Part shown: positions 25,696 to 34,616 of the stretch, one piece after another
How the letters are laid out: the number at the start of each line of letters is the position of its first letter
Numbering within the stretch: the stretch's first letter is position 1
Source of the DNA: an uncultured Chloroflexia bacterium
GTDB taxonomy: Bacteria; Chloroflexota; Limnocylindria; Limnocylindrales; CSP1-4
Assembly: GCA_963835845.1 (NCBI GenBank)
Contig: CAWIGT010000009.1
Location: 324,949 to 388,948, forward strand
Length of the DNA stretch: 64,000 nt
Reading direction: 5' to 3'
Program-made: the position numbers and the translations under genes
Notes under the pieces: model-generated
Told to the model about the DNA's origin: nothing
Seen by the model: only the letters and a program-made list of their open reading frames with translations
Database searches by the model: none

Positions 25696-26532
25696 ATGAC
25701 GCAGGCGCACGACGAGGTCCCCCCGCTCACCACGGTTGGTGAAAAGCGGAGCGGCCTATCGATCGCAGCCTTCCCGCGGCGGTTCACGGGCTGGCTGGTT
25801 CTGGCTGATCCCGACGGGCCGATAGACCTGCCGCGGCTCTTTCCGGACATCGAGGTTCGGATCGAGTCGAGCTCGGCCGAATTCGCCGACGCCCTCGACG
25901 GATCGGAACCGAGCCTGGTCGTCCTGATCGCGCCCCCGGCCGAACCGGGCGATCTGCAGCGCGTCGCGACCCGCCTGAACTCGGATCCGGGCTCCCGCGC
26001 GGTACTGATGAGCGGGCACCATGCCGTCGCGCTTCGCCTCCACGCGCTCGAGCTCGGCTTCGAGGACGCGGTCGACCTCTCGTCGGACCCGATGGAAGTC
26101 GTCGGCCGCCTGTCGATCGCCGGACGGCGGGCGCCGCTGGGCGAGCATTCGCTCGACGATCGGATCGCGCTGGCCGACGGCGTGGAACTGGATCGGCGGG
26201 CACGGGCCATCCGTCGCGACGGCCGGCTCCTGTCGTTGCGGCCCAAGGAACTGGCCTTGCTTGAATACCTGGCCGTGCATCCGGGACGGGCGTTCACGCG
26301 CGAGGAACTGCTCCGGCATGTCTGGCACGAGTCCGTCGGCAACGAGCGGACCGTCGACGTCTACGTCTTCTGGCTGCGGGCCAAGATCGAACGCGACGCC
26401 GCCAACCCGCTTCATCTGATCACTGTCCGCGGCTCCGGATACCGCTTTGATCCGCCGCGACCGCCGGCCGGGATGGGTGGGCCGGGAGCCTACCTGGCCT
26501 CGAACGTTAACGAACCGCCAACACCGCGTTAA
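25696..26532 (+). CDS. OmpR/PhoB-family winged-helix regulator with a degenerate (pseudo-)receiver domain
   Basis: C-terminal Trans_reg_C (LSLRPKELALLEYLAVHPGRAFTREELL..VDVYVFWLRAKIE..ITVRGSGYRF). The N-terminal receiver-like fold has LVVLIAPP where the phospho-acceptor LLD is expected, and no conserved Lys. Confidence 0.8.
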   Translation: MTQAHDEVPPLTTVGEKRSGLSIAAFPRRFTGWLVLADPDGPIDLPRLFPDIEVRIESSSAEFADALDGSEPSLVVLIAPPAEPGDLQRVATRLNSDPGSRAVLMSGHHAVALRLHALELGFEDAVDLSSDPMEVVGRLSIAGRRAPLGEHSLDDRIALADGVELDRRARAIRRDGRLLSLRPKELALLEYLAVHPGRAFTREELLRHVWHESVGNERTVDVYVFWLRAKIERDAANPLHLITVRGSGYRFDPPRPPAGMGGPGAYLASNVNEPPTPR

Positions 26533-26560
26533 ACGCCCGACTTGACCATCCCTAACGAAC
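26506..26560 (+). promoter_or_regulatory. Candidate Pho-box array upstream of pstS: 11-bp-phased units GTTAACG, GCCAACA, GTTAAAC, GACTTGA, CCTAACG
   Basis: Units at 26506, 26517, 26528, 26539 and 26550/51. TAACGAAC occurs twice. Spans the last codons of the regulator gene and the intergenic region. Confidence 0.4.
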
Positions 26561-26609
26561 TGGGAGCAGGTTGGCTCGATTAGTTGCCCAGCAGTGAGGA
26601 GACACTAAG

Positions 26610-27575
26610 TTGCTCAGAGGAACTCGGCGCTTCGGCGCCATGGCCATCGCCGCGGCGATGCTGGTCACGGCGTGCTCGTCGGCCGCTGCCACGCCGACGA
26701 CAGCGCCCACGGACACGCCAGCCACCCCGACGCAGGCCGCATCGGCTGCATCGGTGGCTTCCGTCGCCCCCGCCCCGACCGCGGCACCGACCACGAATTG
26801 CGTGACCGGCGCAATCACGACCTCGGGCTCGACCGCCCTTCAGCCGTTGATCCAGGACGCGGCCACGGCCTATATGTCGGAGTGCGCGGGCGCCACCATC
26901 ACCGTCAACGGCGGTGGCTCGGGTACCGGCCTCAGTCAGGTCGCCCAGGGCGCCGTCCAGATCGGCGAGTCTGACGTACTCGCCAGCACCAAGCTGGCTA
27001 CGCCCGACGCCAACAAGCTCGTCGACCATGTCGTCGCCCGCCAGGGCTGGATCGTCGTCACCAACAAGGACGTGACCGGCATCACGAACCTGACCACGCA
27101 GCAGAACATCGACATCTGGACTGGCAAGGACACGAACTGGAACCAGGTCGGCGGCCCAGACATGCCGATCATCCTGATCTTCCGCCCACAGTCGTCCGGC
27201 ACTCGCGCCAGCTTCAAGGCACTCGTGCTCGGCGGCGCCACGGAGGCGACCGGTGGCCAGACCCTTACTGAAGACTCCAACGGCGCCGTGACGACCGCGG
27301 TCACCAAGACCAATGGTGCCGTGAGCGTCATCGGCTTCGCCTACTACAACGACCCGGCCAACAAGCCGCTGCTCAACGGCCTCCAGCTCGACGGCATCGA
27401 TGCGACCATCGCCAACGTCGGCAGCGGAACGTACAAGCTGGCCGCCGACGGCAACCTCTACACCCTCGGCCAGCCCAGCGGCCTGACCGCGGCATTCCTC
27501 GACTTCATGATGGGCCCCGAGGTCCAGGGCACGATCATCCCCAAGGACTCCTACGGACCGGTCGTCAAGCAATAG
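26610..27575 (+). CDS. pstS: Phosphate-binding lipoprotein PstS
   Basis: TTG start 8 nt after GAGGAG. Lipobox LVTAC followed by a Pro/Thr/Ala linker. GGGSGTGLSQV and RPQSSGTRA motifs. Confidence 0.9.
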   Translation: MLRGTRRFGAMAIAAAMLVTACSSAAATPTTAPTDTPATPTQAASAASVASVAPAPTAAPTTNCVTGAITTSGSTALQPLIQDAATAYMSECAGATITVNGGGSGTGLSQVAQGAVQIGESDVLASTKLATPDANKLVDHVVARQGWIVVTNKDVTGITNLTTQQNIDIWTGKDTNWNQVGGPDMPIILIFRPQSSGTRASFKALVLGGATEATGGQTLTEDSNGAVTTAVTKTNGAVSVIGFAYYNDPANKPLLNGLQLDGIDATIANVGSGTYKLAADGNLYTLGQPSGLTAAFLDFMMGPEVQGTIIPKDSYGPVVKQ

Positions 27576-27587
27576 GTTTCGCAACTA

Positions 27588-27637
27588 CTCCGGACCCCGC
27601 CAGTGACGAGCGGGGTCCGGAGTATTCCTGTTTCTCC
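27588..27637 (+). terminator. Intra-operon hairpin (13-bp perfect stem CTCCGGACCCCGC/GCGGGGTCCGGAG, 9-nt loop) plus T-rich tail, between pstS and pstC
   Basis: Read directly from the sequence: arms at 27588-27600 and 27610-27622, followed by TATTCCTGTTTCTCC. Confidence 0.55.
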
Positions 27638-27663
27638 AGACATCGAGTCGAGAGGCAGAGCCG

Positions 27664-28644
27664 ATGGCTCAACTGACAACCACCTATAGAACCGTCGGGC
27701 TGAGGGTCGCGCCCAGCCTGCGTCAGCGGATCGACCTTCCACGTCGGATCGTCTTCCTGGCGGCGGCTTCCATGATCGCGATAGTGGCGCTGCTCCTGGC
27801 GTTCATAACCTGGCAGGGCATCCAGCTCTTCGTCAAGGATGGCGTCTCGGTCGGCGAAATCTTCTCGCCGGCCTGGAATCCCCTGGCGGATGGCGCGCCC
27901 CAGTTCGGCATCCTGCCCTTCATCCTGGGCACGCTCTCGGTCACGGCCCTGGCGCTGCTGATCTCCACCCCCCTGTCGGTCGGGCTCGCCCTGTTCCTCT
28001 CCGAGGTCGCGCCGCAGTGGGCCAAGGCAGTCGTTCAACCGGCGCTGGAGATCTTCGTCGGGATACCGAGTGTGGTCTGGGGCTGGCTCGGGATCACGGT
28101 CCTGGTGCCGTTCCTGGCCGACTCGTTCGGCGGCTCGATCGGCATCTCGCTCCCGTTCGTCGGCCGCGTGTTCAGCATGCCGGGATTCCTGACCGGCTTC
28201 TCCTGGCTGGCAGGTTCCCTGGTGCTCTCGGTCATGGTTCTGCCGACAATCACGAGCGTCTCCTACGATGCGTTCCGGGCGGTTCCCCAGGAACTGCGGA
28301 CGGGCTCGCTCGCCCTCGGGACCACGCGCTGGCAGACGATCCGGCACCTGCTCATCCCGTCGGCCCTCAGCGGCGTTCTCACTGCCGTCGTTCTGGGCAT
28401 GACCCGAGCCGCGGGCGAGGCGCTGGCGGTCCAGATGGTCATCGGCAACTCCCCCACCCTTCCGGCTTCGATAACTCAGCCCGTGACAACGCTGACGTCG
28501 CAGATCACCCTCGACATGGGTAACACCGTGTTCGGTGAACCGTGGCAGGACGCGCTCTGGACCATGAGCCTGGTCCTTCTGATCATATCGATCACGTCGG
28601 TTGTCCTGGTTCGAGTCATCAACAAGCGGAGGATGGGCGCATGA
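27664..28644 (+). CDS. pstC: Phosphate ABC transporter permease PstC
   Basis: 326 aa, multi-TM. EAA-type loop: LRTGSLALGTTRWQTI. Confidence 0.9.
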   Translation: MAQLTTTYRTVGLRVAPSLRQRIDLPRRIVFLAAASMIAIVALLLAFITWQGIQLFVKDGVSVGEIFSPAWNPLADGAPQFGILPFILGTLSVTALALLISTPLSVGLALFLSEVAPQWAKAVVQPALEIFVGIPSVVWGWLGITVLVPFLADSFGGSIGISLPFVGRVFSMPGFLTGFSWLAGSLVLSVMVLPTITSVSYDAFRAVPQELRTGSLALGTTRWQTIRHLLIPSALSGVLTAVVLGMTRAAGEALAVQMVIGNSPTLPASITQPVTTLTSQITLDMGNTVFGEPWQDALWTMSLVLLIISITSVVLVRVINKRRMGA

Positions 28645-29612
28645 CCGCAACCGCACGGCCCGGCGGCGCCGGCGCGCTTGGCGGCAGCTCCGGCGGACCC
28701 AAGCCGAGTCTCCACCGCAAGACCATGGGCGGCAGCATCCTGGCCGATCGCGCCGCGACCGTCGCCTTGTGGGGCACCGGCGTTCTGGTGCTTCTCATCC
28801 TCGGCAGCATCATCGTCCACTTCGCCCTGGCGGCCTGGGGAGTGGTGTCGCCGAGCTTCATCTTCAGCGACCCGAGCCGGGACACCCTGGGCGGCGTGCT
28901 GCCGATACTCTGGAATTCGGTCTACATCCTGGTACTGACGATGCTCATCGCGGTTCCTGTCGGCGTTCTCGGCGGCATCTACATGTCGGAATACGCCGGC
29001 GACAACATCGTCACGACAGTCATCAGGTTCGCCGAAGAGTCGATCAGCTCGGTGCCGTCGATCGTCGTCGGGTTGTTCGGGCTGATCCTCTTCGTCGACG
29101 ACCTCCACCTCGGCTTCAGTGCCCTCGGCGGCGCGCTCGCGCTGACGTTCTTTAACCTGCCGCTGATGACCCGGCTCGCCGAGCAGGCCCTGCGAGCCGT
29201 GCCGCAGGAAGAGCGCAACGCGAGCCTCGCCCTCGGCGCCACCAAGTGGCAGACCATCCAGCACGTGGTCGTGCCGCTGGCAATTCCGGGCCTCATCACG
29301 GGCGTGATCCTGACTGCCGGCCGCGTCTTCGGCGAGGCTGCGGTCCTGCTCTTCACGTCCGGGGTCGGGACGCCCCCTCACTACAACTTCATGAACTTCG
29401 ACATAACCAGTCCGGCCTCGCCGTGGAGCCCGTTCCGGCCCGCGACGACCCTCTCGGTCTACATCTGGAAGCTCAACTCCGAGGGTCTGGGCGCGTATGT
29501 GCGGCAAATCGTGGACGGCTCCGCCGCAATCCTGATTTCGATGGTCCTGATATTCAACCTGGGGGCGCGCCTCGTCGGCCGCGTCCTGACACGACGGCTG
29601 ACGGCCTCATGA
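28641..29612 (+). CDS. pstA: Phosphate ABC transporter permease PstA
   Basis: ATGA overlap with pstC. Contains [13 protein letters not shown]. Confidence 0.9.
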   Translation: MTATARPGGAGALGGSSGGPKPSLHRKTMGGSILADRAATVALWGTGVLVLLILGSIIVHFALAAWGVVSPSFIFSDPSRDTLGGVLPILWNSVYILVLTMLIAVPVGVLGGIYMSEYAGDNIVTTVIRFAEESISSVPSIVVGLFGLILFVDDLHLGFSALGGALALTFFNLPLMTRLAEQALRAVPQEERNASLALGATKWQTIQHVVVPLAIPGLITGVILTAGRVFGEAAVLLFTSGVGTPPHYNFMNFDITSPASPWSPFRPATTLSVYIWKLNSEGLGAYVRQIVDGSAAILISMVLIFNLGARLVGRVLTRRLTAS

Positions 29613-30496
29613 GCATGAGCACGGGAGACGAAATGCCCGCTACCGCTGTCCAAACGCAACCCATGATGCGGCGCGTCGAAGTCGCGGCGCCCGTCGCGGC
29701 CGAGGAAGCCGCCGCCCGGGCGGACGTAGTCAAGATCTCGACCGAGCATGTCTCGATCAAATACGGGGAGAAGGTCGCCGTCCGCGACGTCTCGCTTACG
29801 GTGCAGGAGCGCTCGATCCTGGCGCTGATCGGCCCGTCGGGGAGCGGCAAGTCCACGTTCCTGCGCTGCTTCAACCGCATGAACGACCTGATCCCCGGCG
29901 CGACCGTCAACGGCGAGGTTTGCCTCGACGGCGAGAACATCACCGACCCGGACGTGAGCGTCGTGGAGCTGCGGCGCCGGGTTGGCATGGTCTTCCAGCG
30001 CCCCAACCCGTTCCCGATGTCGATCTACGAGAACGTCGCCTACGGACCGCGCCGCCGCGGCCAGAACGATCGGCGCAAGCTCGACGAACTGGTCGAGACG
30101 AGCCTGAAGCGCGCGGCGCTCTGGGACGAAGTCAAGGACGATCTGCGGCGCAAGTCCGGTCTGGCCCTCTCCGGCGGCCAGCAGCAACGCCTCTGCATTG
30201 CCCGAGTCCTCGCGACCGATCCGGAAGTGATCCTCATGGACGAGCCGGCATCGGCTCTCGATCCGGTCTCGACCCTGCGCATCGAGGAACTCATGCGCGA
30301 ACTGCGGGAGGCCTACACCATCGTCATCGTCACGCACAACATGCAGCAGGCGGCCCGGGTGAGCGATCTCACGGCCTTCTTCACGATGGCCGACGACCGC
30401 GCCGGTTATCTCGTGGAGGTCGGTCCCACGGGCCAGATATTCACCAGGCCCAACGAACGGCTGACCGAGGACTACATCTCCGGTCGCTTCGGATGA
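29609..30496 (+). CDS. pstB: Phosphate ABC transporter ATP-binding protein PstB
   Basis: ATGA overlap with pst[39 protein letters not shown]. Confidence 0.95.
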   Translation: MSMSTGDEMPATAVQTQPMMRRVEVAAPVAAEEAAARADVVKISTEHVSIKYGEKVAVRDVSLTVQERSILALIGPSGSGKSTFLRCFNRMNDLIPGATVNGEVCLDGENITDPDVSVVELRRRVGMVFQRPNPFPMSIYENVAYGPRRRGQNDRRKLDELVETSLKRAALWDEVKDDLRRKSGLALSGGQQQRLCIARVLATDPEVILMDEPASALDPVSTLRIEELMRELREAYTIVIVTHNMQQAARVSDLTAFFTMADDRAGYLVEVGPTGQIFTRPNERLTEDYISGRFG

Positions 30497-30522
30497 GCGC
30501 CCGGCACCGCGAGGAGTCGACC

Positions 30523-31281
30523 ATGGGTTCCGTGGATGAATCGGCCGGCGTCCCAGTCATTGCCGACACCCGCCGCGTCAGCGCCATGGAGGCAGCGGCG
30601 GTCGAGGCGGATCGCCATGCTATACGGATGCGCGACAGCCTCGATACCGAAATGCGCGAAGTCAAGGATGGCGTACTGCGGATGGGCTCCTATGTCGAGG
30701 AGCAGATCCTGGCCGCGCACGACGCGATCATGAACCGCGACGCCGAACTCGCTCGGAAGGTAATCGCGTCAGACGGTCGGATCAACGAGGTCCAACGCGC
30801 CGTCACCGGAGTCGTGGCGATGACCATCGCCACGCAGGCGCCCGTGGCCAGGGACCTTCGCTTCCTGCTCGCGCTGGATCGGGTGACCTACGAACTGGAG
30901 CGCATGGGCGACCACGCCGGTTCGGTGGCCAAGCAAGCACGCAAGCTCGCCGGCGTAACCACCATGGTCACCTACGACGAGCTCACTCCGATGGCCACGC
31001 TCGCCGCGCGACAGGTCCGCGACGTCGTCATGGCCCTGGTCGACATCGACGAAGCCAAGGCTCGCGAAGTCGCCGCCCGCGACGACGAGATCGACCGGCT
31101 CTACCACCAGGTCTTCGACGACGTTCTGGAGGAGATGCGGACCGATCCGGCCAAAGTCGATCCCGGAACGCGGATCCTCTTCGCCGCCCACTACCTCGAG
31201 CGAATCGGCGATCGCGTCACGAACATCGCCGAGGACGTCGTCTTCCTGGCCACGGGCGAGGTCGAAGATCTGAACCCCTGA
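30523..31281 (+). CDS. phoU: Phosphate signalling regulator PhoU
   Basis: GAGGAG 6 nt before the ATG. Duplicated PhoU repeat: ELERMGDHA and YLERIGDRVTNIAE. Confidence 0.9.
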   Translation: MGSVDESAGVPVIADTRRVSAMEAAAVEADRHAIRMRDSLDTEMREVKDGVLRMGSYVEEQILAAHDAIMNRDAELARKVIASDGRINEVQRAVTGVVAMTIATQAPVARDLRFLLALDRVTYELERMGDHAGSVAKQARKLAGVTTMVTYDELTPMATLAARQVRDVVMALVDIDEAKAREVAARDDEIDRLYHQVFDDVLEEMRTDPAKVDPGTRILFAAHYLERIGDRVTNIAEDVVFLATGEVEDLNP

Positions 31282-31306
31282 CCTGGCTCCTCACCGCCAT
31301 TCCCCC

Positions 31307-31340
31307 GAGCGGCCGGCGCACATCCGGCCGCTCTTTCTTG
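31307..31340 (+). terminator. Rho-independent terminator after phoU (10-bp stem GAGCGGCCGG/CCGGCCGCTC, 7-nt loop, TTTCTTG tail)
   Basis: Read directly from the sequence: arms at 31307-31316 and 31324-31333. Confidence 0.7.
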
Positions 31341-31387
31341 TCCGGGCCGGTGCAGGCGCGCACCAGCGGAACGGCGCCTGGCCGAGC

Positions 31388-31420
31388 GTTAACCGACGGG
31401 AAACGACTCGCTAATTCGTC
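31388..31420 (+). promoter_or_regulatory. Candidate Pho-box-like 11-bp-phased units GTTAACC, GGAAACG, GCTAATT upstream of the CBS-GGDEF/phnWX unit
   Basis: Units at 31388, 31399 and 31410, immediately after the phoU terminator. Confidence 0.35.
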
Positions 31421-31495
31421 CACCCGATGGTGACCGGGATCGACCGTGCGGTTGAGGGGGCCGGTCGACCGCCAGGCCAGCAGCGGGGAGTCGTC

Positions 31496-32869
31496 ATGTC
31501 TGCTTCCTCTCCGGATCCGTCGGCGGGCGCCTCAGGGCCCGGCCTGATGGCCGCACGCCACGTTCTGTGGGTCGCCGAAGCGGCCCTCGGGCGACTCCGC
31601 AAGACGGTTCTCGGCGGCGGCCTCGTGGACGATGGCGACGGGTTCGTCTTCCTCGTGGACGACCCGCGAGAACTTGCGGCGATCATCACCGAGCTGACTG
31701 CCGGAGCGGCGTTCGGGCTTGGGCCTGTGGTCGGCGCAGGCGGCAGGGATCTGATCCAGGCCGTCGCCGACGCCCGGCGCGAGGGTCGACTCAAGCTGCG
31801 CGGCAGCCCGGATCGGACGCCCAGGATGGCGGCCATCGCCACACCGGCCGTGTTCGTTCCGCGTTCGACGACCGGCCAGGAGGCCCGACAGCGATTCCTC
31901 GACGACGACTCGCTCACGACGCTGGTATTCGTTGACGACCGCCTGAGGCCGATCGGCGCATTGGGTCGCGAACGCCTCTTTCGGATGTTCAGCGGACAGT
32001 ACGGGTACGCCGTGTACGCCTCTCGTCCGATCCTGGATGCGGCGGACCCGCATCCGCGCCTGATCGACGCCGACACGACCATCGTCGAGGCGGCACTCAC
32101 CGTGGCCAACCGCGACACGGACTCCCTGTTCGACGACGTACTGGTCGTCGACGCCGGGGGCCGGGTCGTCGGCCTCGTGCGCGTGCGCGATCTTCTCAGG
32201 GCCCTGACGACTCTGGGGCTCGATCGGGTCCAGCAGCTCAACCCGCTGACGGGTCTGCCAGGCAGTGCTCGGACCGAACAAGCTCTGACGGAGATCCTGG
32301 ATACCGCGGAAGCCCTCGTGGTCAGCCGCGTCGATCTGGCCGACTTCAAGTCGTTCAACGAACGCACCGGGTTCTCGTCGGGTGACAGGACGATCCAGGC
32401 ACTGGGCCACGCCGTCGCCAGCGTCGCACGCGGGCGGGGCGTCCGCTTCGTAGGACACCTCGGAGGCGATGACTTCATCGTCGCCTGGAATGACGAGGAC
32501 GAGGCGGTCGTCGGCGCCGTCGAGATTGCCGTCGAGTTCATGGAGGGCATGCAGCCGATCCGACCCCTGCCGGAGGGAGTGGCCGATCCCGAGCTGACGG
32601 TGTCTACGATCGCGATCCCACCGTCCGCACTCCCCGACGTCGCGACGCTCGCCAACCGGCTCGCCGCCCTCAAGGACGAGGTCAGACGGCACGGCGGAGC
32701 GATACACGCGCTGGCCCGGCTCGACAACGTCGCGGCGCCCACCTGGCGGCCGCTCGACGCACGCCGGGAAACCGCAGCCGGGCGCGTGGCCGAGCGTAGT
32801 CAACGAGGCGTTGGCGACCCGTTAATGCTCCCGGCGCAACCTCCCGGGTGGGGCCGGGGCCACCCGTGA
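31496..32869 (+). CDS. CBS-pair plus GGDEF-domain protein with variant active-site motif GGDDF
   Basis: GGGGAG 5 nt before the ATG. NPLTGLPG and DLADFKSFNERTGFSSGD. HLGGDDFIV at 32462-32476. No RxxD I-site. Confidence 0.8.
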   Translation: MSASSPDPSAGASGPGLMAARHVLWVAEAALGRLRKTVLGGGLVDDGDGFVFLVDDPRELAAIITELTAGAAFGLGPVVGAGGRDLIQAVADARREGRLKLRGSPDRTPRMAAIATPAVFVPRSTTGQEARQRFLDDDSLTTLVFVDDRLRPIGALGRERLFRMFSGQYGYAVYASRPILDAADPHPRLIDADTTIVEAALTVANRDTDSLFDDVLVVDAGGRVVGLVRVRDLLRALTTLGLDRVQQLNPLTGLPGSARTEQALTEILDTAEALVVSRVDLADFKSFNERTGFSSGDRTIQALGHAVASVARGRGVRFVGHLGGDDFIVAWNDEDEAVVGAVEIAVEFMEGMQPIRPLPEGVADPELTVSTIAIPPSALPDVATLANRLAALKDEVRRHGGAIHALARLDNVAAPTWRPLDARRETAAGRVAERSQRGVGDPLMLPAQPPGWGRGHP

Positions 32870-32900
32870 GGGCCTACTCCGTCACTGAGGTTGCGCAGCT

Positions 32901-34616
32901 ATGCCTTATGCCGACTCGGTCGCGACCGTTCGATCCTGGTCCGAGGATCGAGCGATCTCAGTCTGGACGCTCTTCGCGGGGGACTTCCCGGGCCCGGCGC
33001 AATCGGCCCTGGCCGTGGACCTCGCGACCGTCCGTGACGACGGGGCGGCCGTAGTCCTGGTCGTGCCCGACGACGTCGTTCCGACGCCCGTGGAGAGCCG
33101 GCTCGCGGACGTGGTGGTACGCGGACCGCTCCCGCCGTCACCGTTTGGACTCCTGGTCGCGCTCGCCGCCGTGGACGTCCCCGATGTGCGCCGACTTGGG
33201 TTGATCGGCGGATCGCGTGCCGCGTTGGTCGCCGGACATTGCGCCGGTGCCGGCGCCGTGGTCGGGGTCTCCAGCCACGGAGCGGCGGCCAGGCGAGAGC
33301 TGCTGCGGGGCCAGCCCGACCGGATCGTGGAGCCGTCCGACTTCGCCGCGATGGACTCGTTCATGTACGCGCGGAACCGCCGTCACCGCGAGCGGGTCCT
33401 GCTCAATCCCGGGCCCGCGGTAGTGAGCGACCGGGTGCACCGGGCGGTCGCCGGTCCGGACCTGTGCCACCGCGAGCCGGAGTACTCGGAGCTGTTCTCC
33501 CGGGTTCGGGAGAAGCTATTCCGCGTCGCCGGCGTTGGTCGCGACTGGGAGCTCGCCCTCATCGCCGGATCGGGCACTGCCGCCATGGAGGCCATGGTCG
33601 GCGCCTCGGTCCGAGAGGGCCGTCACCTGCTGGTATGCCGGAACGGCGTCTACGGCGACCGCCTGGCGACCATGGGCGAGCGAATGGGGATGGACACGCT
33701 GGCGATACGCGCGCCGCAGACGGAGCCGATCGACCCGTCTGCAGTCGCGGCCGCTCTTGACGCCGACCCGGACATCGATGCCGTGGCCGTAGTCCACCAT
33801 GAGACCACGACCGGGCTGTTGAACCCGGTTCAGGAGATCGCGGCCGTAGCGCGGGCCCGCGACGTGCGGGTCGTCGTCGACGCCGTCAGCTCGTTGGGAG
33901 CCGAGGAACTGAGGCTCGAGGGCGGCGGCATCGACATGGTCGCCTGCACCTCGAACAAATGCCTGCAAGGGCTTCCGGGTGTCTCGTTCGTGCTCCTTTC
34001 CCCTGCCGGCGCAATTCGGGCCATGGAAGCCCGGCGACGTTCGCTTTACCTGGACATCGCCGGCTACCTCGCCGCCCAGAAGAACGACAGCGTGCCGTTC
34101 ACGCCGGCCGTACCCGCCGTCTACGGTCTCGAGGCCGCCCTCGACGAGCTCCTCGACGAAGGCCCCGAGCACCGCCGGGCCGCCTACGTCGCCCGGGCGA
34201 CATTCCTGGATCAAGCCTTCGAGCACCTGGGGTTGAAGCCCACGGTCCCCGCCGAGCACAGGTCGTCATCGGTGCACAGCCTAGAGCTTCCCGGGGGCGT
34301 CACGTACGACGACATCCACGACGCGCTCAAGCGAGACGGCTACGTCGTCTACGCCGGCCTTGGCACCGCGGCTAGGACGACGTTCAGGGTCTGCACCATG
34401 GGCGCGATCGAGATCGAGGTGCTCGCCGACTTCATCGAATCGCTCGATCGGGCGCTCGTCGAGGCCAGGCTGTCCAATGCAGGCGACCGGCGGGCCGACT
34501 CGACACCAGACGCCGACGCGGCTATCGACGCGCCGGCGACATCTGCGACGCCGGAAACGCGCGAGGCCACCGAACTCCTCGAGACGAGCACCGCGACGCA
34601 GGCGGCTTCCGCATGA
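32901..34616 (+). CDS. phnW: 2-aminoethylphosphonate:pyruvate aminotransferase with a ~160-aa N-terminal HAD-like (degenerate) extension
   Basis: LLNPGPAVVSDRV..CHREPEY, and TSNKCLQGLPG carrying the PLP lysine. The N-terminal part resembles the C-terminal half of HAD hydrolases but lacks DxDGT. Confidence 0.8.
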   Translation: MPYADSVATVRSWSEDRAISVWTLFAGDFPGPAQSALAVDLATVRDDGAAVVLVVPDDVVPTPVESRLADVVVRGPLPPSPFGLLVALAAVDVPDVRRLGLIGGSRAALVAGHCAGAGAVVGVSSHGAAARRELLRGQPDRIVEPSDFAAMDSFMYARNRRHRERVLLNPGPAVVSDRVHRAVAGPDLCHREPEYSELFSRVREKLFRVAGVGRDWELALIAGSGTAAMEAMVGASVREGRHLLVCRNGVYGDRLATMGERMGMDTLAIRAPQTEPIDPSAVAAALDADPDIDAVAVVHHETTTGLLNPVQEIAAVARARDVRVVVDAVSSLGAEELRLEGGGIDMVACTSNKCLQGLPGVSFVLLSPAGAIRAMEARRRSLYLDIAGYLAAQKNDSVPFTPAVPAVYGLEAALDELLDEGPEHRRAAYVARATFLDQAFEHLGLKPTVPAEHRSSSVHSLELPGGVTYDDIHDALKRDGYVVYAGLGTAARTTFRVCTMGAIEIEVLADFIESLDRALVEARLSNAGDRRADSTPDADAAIDAPATSATPETREATELLETSTATQAASA

